DNA from: Deltaproteobacteria bacterium
Lineage (GTDB): Bacteria > Myxococcota_A > Polyangia > Nannocystales > Nannocystaceae
Assembly (NCBI GenBank): GCA_016712475.1
Contig: JADJRA010000001.1
Span: 1,797,414 to 1,861,413, forward strand
Direction: 5' to 3'
Length of the DNA: 64,000 nucleotides
This document shows positions 57,061 through 64,000 of the stretch, piece after piece (position 1 is the first letter of the stretch; every line of letters begins with the position of its first letter). A model generated the notes under the pieces. That model ran no database searches and was not told the DNA's origin. It worked only from the letters and a program-made list of their open reading frames with translations. Made by a program: the position numbers and the translations under genes.

Positions 57061-58296
57061 TCAGCGTGACAGTCGTGTGATGCCGGCCGGCAAGCTCGCG
57101 AACACCGAGCCGACATCGCCCGCGCGCGCGCTGCTCTGTCCGTCGCTGCCCGCTCGGCCGGGCTGGCCCGCGCTGCCCTCGGCGCCATCGATGCCGTGCT
57201 TGCCCGCCTTGCCGCCGCTGCCCTGGCCGTTGCCGCTGAAGCCACCGTCGCCCGCACGGCCCGCACGGCCGGCCTCACCCGCGCGACCGGCCGAGGCATC
57301 GAGCGCGATCATGCTCGCGAGCTCTGGCAGTGACGCGTCGTAGATCACCTCGAGCACACCGCCGTTGCCGCCGTTGCCACCGCTGCCTCCGTTGCCGCCG
57401 CGGCCACCATTGCCGCCGGTGCCACCGGGGTTGCCTCCGCCGCCGCTGCCTCCGCGACCACCATTGCCACCGGCACCACCATCACCGCCGTCGCCCCCAC
57501 CGGCGACGATCATCACCGGCTTCGAGGCGTCCATGAGCACGAGGTCGTCGACATCGCCCTCGATCTTCACGAGCACCATCCGATCGTGGTGTGGCGTCTT
57601 CACGAGCGTGGCGTAGGCGGTGATGCGCGGCCCATCGGCACCGTCGCCGCCATTGCCACCGTCGCCACCGTCGTCGCCGATCGCACCATCGGCACCCGGC
57701 GCGCTGTCACCTCCGCCGTCGCCAGACTTGCCCATCGAGCCTGTCGCACCACCGCGACCGCTGCTGCCGAACTCGCCGAACGATCCAGCGTGGGTGATGC
57801 AGTCGTAGCTCGGCTCGAAGCGCAGGGTCGAAGGCGCGACCTTGCGCTCGCGGGGATAGCTCGCCGTGATGGTGAAGCCGCTCAGCTCGTTGGCGAGCAT
57901 GTCGCTGCCCGGCACGAATGCGCCGGTCTCGAGATCGACCTCGCCGCCCTCGGCGGTGAACCCGAACTCCTCGAAGTCGAGCTTGCCGGCGTGCTTGCCC
58001 TCGTCGGCCAGCGACCAGGTCTCGAGCCGCTTGTGCTTGCCCTTGCGGCGCTTGTGCTGCGCGTCGGCGTACACCGCCAGCTGGACGCCACCGCGGGCAC
58101 AGATGCCCTTGGCGTCGCGCAGCCCCAGCGTAATCTTCGAGACCTCCCAGTGATCGAGCTTGGCGGCGTTCTTCTTCGCCGCATCGACCACCATCGTGAT
58201 GATGCTGCAGCCCGCCAGCGGAGCCGCGAGCGCGGTGACGAGGGACGCGGCGAGCAGCTTGGTGGGGAGCTTCGTTCGGAGCTTCGTTCGGTGCAT
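57061..58296 (-). CDS. lipoprotein with glycine-rich GGxGG runs and collagen-like Gly-X-Y triplets
   Basis: MHRTKLRTKLPTKLLAASLVTALAAPLAGCS lipobox. GGDGGDGGAGGNGGRGGSGGGGNPGGTGGNGG runs. C-terminal GEAGRAGRAGDGG...GKAGKHGIDGAEGSAGQPGRAGSDG gives ~8 uninterrupted G-X-Y triplets. Confidence 0.5.
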   Translation of the reverse strand: MHRTKLRTKLPTKLLAASLVTALAAPLAGCSIITMVVDAAKKNAAKLDHWEVSKITLGLRDAKGICARGGVQLAVYADAQHKRRKGKHKRLETWSLADEGKHAGKLDFEEFGFTAEGGEVDLETGAFVPGSDMLANELSGFTITASYPRERKVAPSTLRFEPSYDCITHAGSFGEFGSSGRGGATGSMGKSGDGGGDSAPGADGAIGDDGGDGGNGGDGADGPRITAYATLVKTPHHDRMVLVKIEGDVDDLVLMDASKPVMIVAGGGDGGDGGAGGNGGRGGSGGGGNPGGTGGNGGRGGNGGSGGNGGNGGVLEVIYDASLPELASMIALDASAGRAGEAGRAGRAGDGGFSGNGQGSGGKAGKHGIDGAEGSAGQPGRAGSDGQSSARAGDVGSVFASLPAGITRLSR

Positions 58297-58634
58297 GGCG
58301 GGGCCTCTTGGCGTCCCCTCGAGAGCAGGCGGTGTTCCAGGCCCGGCGAGTGCCCCGTGGAGAGCCGCGATACCCGTGGGATCGCGCAGGCTTGTGCGGC
58401 GCACGAAGGGCCCGGGCCGCGAGCTGGGTCGACGCGGATCGATCCGCACACGACCCCTGCGATGACCCGATCCGCGTCGCGGCGCGACCGCACCGCACCG
58501 CGGGCGGTGTCACGTTCGCCCATGGCGTCAGCGCACGATGGTCAGGCCGAACTCCCGCTCGATGCAGGGCGCGCGGGTGAGCGGGGGTTCGTCGCGACTG
58601 CAGAGCCCCGTGCCGCTGCTGGCGTGATAGCCTG

Positions 58635-60470
58635 TTGGTGCGAATGCTCCGCGTCGCGCTCGCCGCTTGTGCCCTCGCGCTGGCCTGCGTTCGACCGAGC
58701 AGCGCACCGCCCTCGGGTTCGCAAGCCGTGCCGGCGGGGCGCGGGCGGGCGATCGGCATCGTGACCGGCACTCCGTGGATCGGCGGCGGCCCGCCGGACC
58801 ACCGACCGTGGCGGGCGATCACGGCGCTCGACCGTCGATTCGACCTCGTGCCGCTCGACCTCGATGGTCCGATCGAAGCCAGCGTCGGCGTCGTCGTCGT
58901 GCCGCAGCTCTCCTCGCTCACTCAGCCGCAGCTCGAACGCCTCGCGGAAGCCATCGACGGCGGCGTGCCGGCGATCCTCGTCGCCGATCCGATACCGATC
59001 GTCGACCTCCGCCTCGGGCCGAGCGAACCGATCGCCGGCAGCGCGGGGTCGAGCCTGTCGGGCGACACGTCGGGCCCGACCAAAGGCAATGCCGTCGGGT
59101 TTCTCGCACGACTGGGCGTCGCGTGGCGGCCCGGTGACGTCGTGGTCGATGCCGAGGGCATCGCGGACGCGCCGCTCGAGCTGGTGACCGCCGACGCCAA
59201 GGCGCCGCTGGTCGGACCGCTGGTGCTGTCGTTCTCCGGTGACCTCTCCGCCACCGGCGATGCCATCGCGTGGACGCCCCTCGTGACGACGCGGCGTCCG
59301 ACGCGGACCGCCGCGAACGACGACTACGTCCAGCATCATCCGTTGTTCGGGCCGCAACTCATCCGCTCGAGCGAGGAGGCACCCGTGCCGCGCAAGAGCA
59401 CCGATGCGCAGGTGCGCACGATCGTGGCCCGCGTCGACGCACCCGGCGGCACGACCCGCGCGCCGGTGATCGTCGCCGCCGACCTCGACGTCTTCGGCGA
59501 CGCGCGCATCGACCTCGAGATCGACCACGAGCGAGTCGCCAACGAACGCCTGCTCGCCGGCCTCGTCGGCCAGCTCGTGGGCGATGGCGACGACCCCGTG
59601 GCACCGGTCGTCGGCGCGCCGTTGTTGGATCCGGCGACGCGCGCCTCGGTCGTCGCGATCGAGGTGCGCTCGCAATACGATCGCAGGCTGCCGGCGGAGC
59701 TCGGCAGTCACCAGGAGCGGCTCCTCCAGTGGCTCCGGTTGGAGCACCGCGAGAACGCGTGGATCATGCATTCCGGCCTCGCCGAGCCCGCCGAGCCGGC
59801 ACGCGTGGACGCGCTGCTCGACGCGCTCGCGACGGCGCGCTGGGAGCCCGCGCCAGCAATGTCCACGGTACTGCGAGATCCGAGCGCCGATGGCACGTCG
59901 GACGCGATCCGGATCGTCGCGCGCGATGCCGACGGCGCGACCGTCCTCGACGTGCTCGTCGCCGGCAACGGCGACCCACGACTCGCGCATCCGACCTTCG
60001 CCTCCGAGCCACGCGCCGTCCGGCTGGCGCTCGCGGCGAACCCATCGGTGCGGTCGTTCGCCCGCGGCGTCGATCTCGGCCCGACGCCCCCGCAGATCGC
60101 GTCGGCATCCGTGACCACCTATCGCATCGACGCGGCGCGAGGGCTCCTCGCCGACGTCCAGACACACCCCGCGAACGCTGCGGCCCTCGCCGCGTTGCTC
60201 GGCGCTCGCTTCTTCCCGATCCATCGATCGACCCAAACGACGGCCCTCGAGCTCGCCGCGCGCGGGTTCAACCTCACGCAAGGCGGGAAGCTCTGGGGCA
60301 GCGTCGGCGAGATCGAGCTGAAGCTCGCGAGCGGCAAGACGATGCGCGTCGTGTTCGGCGCCTCCGGCGACGACGGGCGCGCCACGCTCGTCGAGGGACG
60401 CGACGACGACGCGCTGTGGATCTACGCCGTCGACGAGGCGATCGTGCAGCGCGTGCTCAGCGGGAGCTGA
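58635..60470 (+). CDS. hypothetical secreted lipoprotein (possibly ABC-transporter-auxiliary/GldG-like)
   Basis: MVRMLRVALAACALALAC lipobox. 611 aa. The GldG-like assignment is a weak impression from VVVPQLSSLTQPQLERLAEAIDGGVPAILVADP only. Confidence 0.35.
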   Translation: MVRMLRVALAACALALACVRPSSAPPSGSQAVPAGRGRAIGIVTGTPWIGGGPPDHRPWRAITALDRRFDLVPLDLDGPIEASVGVVVVPQLSSLTQPQLERLAEAIDGGVPAILVADPIPIVDLRLGPSEPIAGSAGSSLSGDTSGPTKGNAVGFLARLGVAWRPGDVVVDAEGIADAPLELVTADAKAPLVGPLVLSFSGDLSATGDAIAWTPLVTTRRPTRTAANDDYVQHHPLFGPQLIRSSEEAPVPRKSTDAQVRTIVARVDAPGGTTRAPVIVAADLDVFGDARIDLEIDHERVANERLLAGLVGQLVGDGDDPVAPVVGAPLLDPATRASVVAIEVRSQYDRRLPAELGSHQERLLQWLRLEHRENAWIMHSGLAEPAEPARVDALLDALATARWEPAPAMSTVLRDPSADGTSDAIRIVARDADGATVLDVLVAGNGDPRLAHPTFASEPRAVRLALAANPSVRSFARGVDLGPTPPQIASASVTTYRIDAARGLLADVQTHPANAAALAALLGARFFPIHRSTQTTALELAARGFNLTQGGKLWGSVGEIELKLASGKTMRVVFGASGDDGRATLVEGRDDDALWIYAVDEAIVQRVLSGS

Positions 60471-60583
60471 GCCGGCACGAGGCTCCCGCACCCCCTCGAG
60501 GGCCGAGCATTCGCCCACCGGGCTCGGACGAGGCCGACTGTGCGCTGAGCCGTCTTGCCCGGCTCGTGCGACCTCCTACCGCG

Positions 60584-63500
60584 ATGCCCACGCGCCCGCT
60601 TCCGTGGTTGTTCCCGGCCCTCGTCGTCGCGCTGCCCGCGGTCGCGCACGCGCAGGACGAACCGATCGTCTACGTGCGCTGCCCCCACACGACCGAGCCG
60701 CTGCAGTTGCCGACCGGCACGACGATTTTCGGCATCGACATCTACGACATCCTGCCCGACGTCACGCACTTCTTCGGGGGCTTCGCAGCACCGTGCGATC
60801 TGGTGCTGCGCGAACCCGAGGGCACCGAGACCGTGCTGTACGACTGCACCGCGACCTCGACCGACGAGGCCGGTTGCGCGGCGATGGACCCGGCGGTCTC
60901 GTTCGACGGCGAGACCATCGCGTTCTCGGTGTTTCGCGGTCCGCTGGTGCCCGGCGAGGAGAGCTTCTCCGAGGCGATCGGCGGCGACGGGGCCTTTCAC
61001 GACCTGCCCGGGCGCAACCTCGCGACGACCGAAGCGCAGCTGCACCTGGTCGATGTCGCCAGCGGCGAGGTGACCGCGCTGCCCCACGTGGCGGGCGCGA
61101 TCGATGCCGGCCCCGCCTGGCTGCCCGACGGACGCATCGCGTTCACATCGACGCGCGACGGCAACCGCTCGACGATGGTCTTCGGCACCAACAGCGCCGC
61201 GCCGGGTTCGCGGATCTGGTCGATGGATCCCGACGGCCGCAACGTCGATTTGGCGAGCCATCACTCGCTGTCCCAGGAGCAGCATCCGCTCGTGCTCGCC
61301 GACGGACGCGTGGCCTACTCGAGCTGGCAGATCTTCGGCGGCATCACGTTCCGCTACACCAACGGCAGCCCGGGCGGCTTCGGCACCATCGGCAACCACT
61401 TCAACATCTTCGTGCAGTCACCCGACGGCGCCGAACCGTTCGCGTTCTATGGGCAGCACTGCGGCGACCACTCGCCGATCACCTCGGCCAATGTCGATCA
61501 CAAGGCCGCGCACTTTCTCACCCAGGACTCCGCCGGCCGCGTGTGGTTCAACGACTACTACCGCGGCAACAACAACGCGCTCGGAAACATCGTCGGCGTG
61601 ATGCCCGAGCCCGAGGGGCAAGAGGGCATGCTCGACCCCGAGGCGCCCCTGCCGGATCTGTACGCGCCGCGCGACATCATCCGACTCGCGACGTGGTCGA
61701 GCAGCTCGGACAGCTTCGCGGCGCTGATGCCTGCGCCCGCGTACGTCCATCCCGAGTACGCCGATCCGCTGCCGTGGGCGGGCAAGCTCGGCCACCCCAC
61801 GGCGCTACCCGACGGTGGCCTCGCGGTGGTGTGGGGCAAGGGCGCGTGCAGCACGGTCGCAGACAACGGCGTGTTCGCGTCGTTGGGCCTGCCCACGCCG
61901 CCGAACACCTCCGGCTCGGGGGGTGGCAACGCGGCCAACGTGTTCACCCAGCTCGGCCTCGACACACCAGGCTGTGATGCGGGCATCTACGAGGTCACGA
62001 CGATCCCATCGCTGCATCCGAGCGACCTCGAACAGATCGTCGATTCGAAGCAGTATCATGAGATCATGCCGCGCGCGGTGGTCCCCTACGCGGCGATCCA
62101 CGGCATCGAACGCCCGGCCGAGATCCCACGCGCCGATCGGGCCACATCGCGCCCAGACCTTCCTGTCGGCACGCCGTTCGGCCTGCTCGGCGCCGCGTCG
62201 ATCCTCGACCGCGAGACCCACCCCGTGGGTGGCATCCACTTCCAGGGCGAGCACCAGTTCCACCTGCAGGGCACCGACACGATCGACTACGGCGACGACG
62301 ATCTGTGCGGCGTGCGGATCCTCGGCGTGATGCCCAACCGCGGCGACAACACCTACGAGCAGATCGCCAACGTCGCCGGGGAGCGCGTGCTGATCCTGGG
62401 CGAGTTCGGCGTGCGCAACACCGACGAGGGCGGCGCCGCGCTGATGGATCCGAGTGGCAACCCCGACACGAGCTTCCTCGTGCGCTTCCCGGCCAACATG
62501 CCGTACTTGATGCAGGGCATCGATTGCGACGGCCGCACGCTCAACACCGACCAGAGCTGGCAGAGCCTGCGCCCCGGTGAGATGAAGACCTGCGGTGGAT
62601 GCCACGTGCACTCGAAGGAATCGCGCGTCGGGTTCGACGAGACCTTCGCCGCCCTCCCCGACTACCCCATCATCACGCTCGGCGAGGGCACCGTGCCCCT
62701 GCTGGCCGGCGTCACCGCCGACGGTCCCGCGGTGCGCGAGGTCGAGGGCTACGGGCTGCAGATCGACTTCGAGCGCGACATTTCGCCGATCTTCGACGCC
62801 CACTGCAACAGCTGCCATGGCGGCGCGACGCCGGCGGGATCGCTGGCGCTCGATCTGCCGGGTATCGAAGAGGGCTCGACGTGGTGGTGCCTCGTCGAAG
62901 ACGGCGGGCAGTCATGCGTGCCCGAGGCGCAACGCATGAACACCGGCGCCGGTGGCAGCAGCACCTCGTTCCGCCGGCCGCAGCTCACCCGCTACGTGCG
63001 CGCGTTCAACTCGCTGGGGAGCTTGCTGTACTGGAAGGCCGCCGGCCAGCGCACCGACGGCAACACCGATGCGACCTTCGACGACGCGAGCCCGGCGGAG
63101 GATCGCGACCTCGACTTCGGTCCCGCCCACGAGACCACGATCACGCCCGAGGAGCTGGGCCTGCTCGCACGTTGGATCGAGATCGGTGCACCTGGCGGCC
63201 CCGAGGAGCTCACCGACACGCAGCGCCCCACGCTCACGCTCGCGGCGCGGTACGAGAACGACGCCGTCACGGCGTTGCGCGTCGGCACCGTCGACGTCCC
63301 CAGCGGCATCGATGTCGCGTCGCTGCTGGTGTGCATCGTCGACGGCGCGGGCAACTGCACCACCATGCTCGCCGAAGGCGGCGCGATGCCCCACGACGTG
63401 CTCGAGATCCCGCTCGACACGCCTCTGGACGATCCCGAGGTCGAGGTGCTGGCACGCGTGCGCGACCTGGCGGGCAACGAGACCGAGCTCCGACGCACCG

Positions 63501-63772
63501 TGCGATGGCTGCTCGACTCGCCGCTGCCGCCCGACCCCGCGGGCACGACCGGTGGCGCGGACGAGGGCGGCTCGGGTTCGGCCACCGCCGACGGCACTGC
63601 TGGCGGAGCTTCGGCCGGCACGGCCAACGACGAGAGCGGCGCGGGGCTCGATGGCGGCGGCGGTGGTGGCGGCAGCGGCTGCGGCTGCACGCAGTCGCGC
63701 GGCAGCAGCGGGTGGTGGCTCGCGCTGGTCTGCGTCGCGCTGCGGCGCCGTCGCGCAGCCGCTCGCGCGTGA
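60584..63772 (+). CDS. secreted TolB-like beta-propeller protein with two CxxCH heme-c motifs and MYXO-CTERM
   Basis: MPTRPLPWLFPALVVALPAVAHA is a signal peptide. PD40/TolB-type blade motifs (IAFSVFRG, IAFTSTRDGNRST, SMDPDGRNVDLA, VAYSSW). CGGCHVHS and CNSCHGG are heme-c binding sites. Ends GSGCGCTQSRGSSGWWLALVCVALRRRRAAARA. The ORF track's upstream 438-codon extension from 59270 is rejected. Confidence 0.6.
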   Translation: MPTRPLPWLFPALVVALPAVAHAQDEPIVYVRCPHTTEPLQLPTGTTIFGIDIYDILPDVTHFFGGFAAPCDLVLREPEGTETVLYDCTATSTDEAGCAAMDPAVSFDGETIAFSVFRGPLVPGEESFSEAIGGDGAFHDLPGRNLATTEAQLHLVDVASGEVTALPHVAGAIDAGPAWLPDGRIAFTSTRDGNRSTMVFGTNSAAPGSRIWSMDPDGRNVDLASHHSLSQEQHPLVLADGRVAYSSWQIFGGITFRYTNGSPGGFGTIGNHFNIFVQSPDGAEPFAFYGQHCGDHSPITSANVDHKAAHFLTQDSAGRVWFNDYYRGNNNALGNIVGVMPEPEGQEGMLDPEAPLPDLYAPRDIIRLATWSSSSDSFAALMPAPAYVHPEYADPLPWAGKLGHPTALPDGGLAVVWGKGACSTVADNGVFASLGLPTPPNTSGSGGGNAANVFTQLGLDTPGCDAGIYEVTTIPSLHPSDLEQIVDSKQYHEIMPRAVVPYAAIHGIERPAEIPRADRATSRPDLPVGTPFGLLGAASILDRETHPVGGIHFQGEHQFHLQGTDTIDYGDDDLCGVRILGVMPNRGDNTYEQIANVAGERVLILGEFGVRNTDEGGAALMDPSGNPDTSFLVRFPANMPYLMQGIDCDGRTLNTDQSWQSLRPGEMKTCGGCHVHSKESRVGFDETFAALPDYPIITLGEGTVPLLAGVTADGPAVREVEGYGLQIDFERDISPIFDAHCNSCHGGATPAGSLALDLPGIEEGSTWWCLVEDGGQSCVPEAQRMNTGAGGSSTSFRRPQLTRYVRAFNSLGSLLYWKAAGQRTDGNTDATFDDASPAEDRDLDFGPAHETTITPEELGLLARWIEIGAPGGPEELTDTQRPTLTLAARYENDAVTALRVGTVDVPSGIDVASLLVCIVDGAGNCTTMLAEGGAMPHDVLEIPLDTPLDDPEVEVLARVRDLAGNETELRRTVRWLLDSPLPPDPAGTTGGADEGGSGSATADGTAGGASAGTANDESGAGLDGGGGGGGSGCGCTQSRGSSGWWLALVCVALRRRRAAARA

Positions 63773-64000
63773 CCACGGACACGCGCCACGACGAGCGTGG
63801 TTCGTGATCGACGTGACGGTCGATCGCGGCGACGCCGAACGGACCGATCGCGGTGCGGCTCGGCGACGACGCAGCGGCGCTCGCACGGTTGAGTCGTGGC
63901 TCTGTGCAGGCAGTGATGACGTCGCTGCGTCGAGCTACACGTGGATCCCGTCCACGGCGAGCGCCTCGACGAGGAGTGCCTTGCCTTGCGTCAGCCCGCG

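Noticed and set aside
59270-60583. Upstream 438-codon extension of the beta-propeller/heme ORF, and ORF 60422..61399-
   Set aside because: Arg/Ala/Pro-biased reading that overlaps the 58635..60470 gene in another frame. The signal-peptide Met at 60584 is the sensible start. The minus-strand ORF is antisense to the propeller gene.

Overview
This is a 64 kb window of very GC-rich (~70%) bacterial chromosome, almost certainly from a myxobacterium (Myxococcota). The main evidence is that at least five predicted secreted proteins end in the MYXO-CTERM sorting motif: a Gly-Cys pair, a hydrophobic stretch and an Arg-rich tail. Several others are lipoproteins with Myxococcus-type cysteine-rich repeats. 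Because of the extreme GC content nearly every stretch carries long spurious ORFs on both strands. I therefore called genes only where the translated product shows recognisable domain signatures, signal peptides or lipoboxes, or operon logic.

The window contains roughly 55 genes. A few are housekeeping anchors: murA-hisG, a Pal/YbgF Tol-Pal tail and thioredoxin. The regulators are two ECF sigma factors, one TetR, one AraC and a Ser/Thr kinase with TPR repeats. The rest is a large accessory complement of secreted or lipoprotein genes: two tandem GH25 muramidases, a protein carrying a peptidase-S74 intramolecular-chaperone domain, an FG-GAP protein, a collagen-like protein, and a large TolB-like beta-propeller protein with two heme-c motifs. 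There is an operon of three CgeB-like (DUF3880) putative glycosyltransferases and a fatty-acid cis/trans isomerase (Cti)-like gene.

Two features stand out as unusual. A lower-GC gene for a protein with a type I restriction-enzyme HsdR N-terminal nuclease fold sits between two imperfect ~300-bp copies of the 3' end of a lipase gene. A di-heme cytochrome c peroxidase gene is interrupted by an in-frame TAG. No rRNA, tRNA or CRISPR array was detected by eye.

All coordinates were derived by hand from the ORF track plus local sequence inspection. Start codons in particular may be off by 1 to a few codons. No database search was run.
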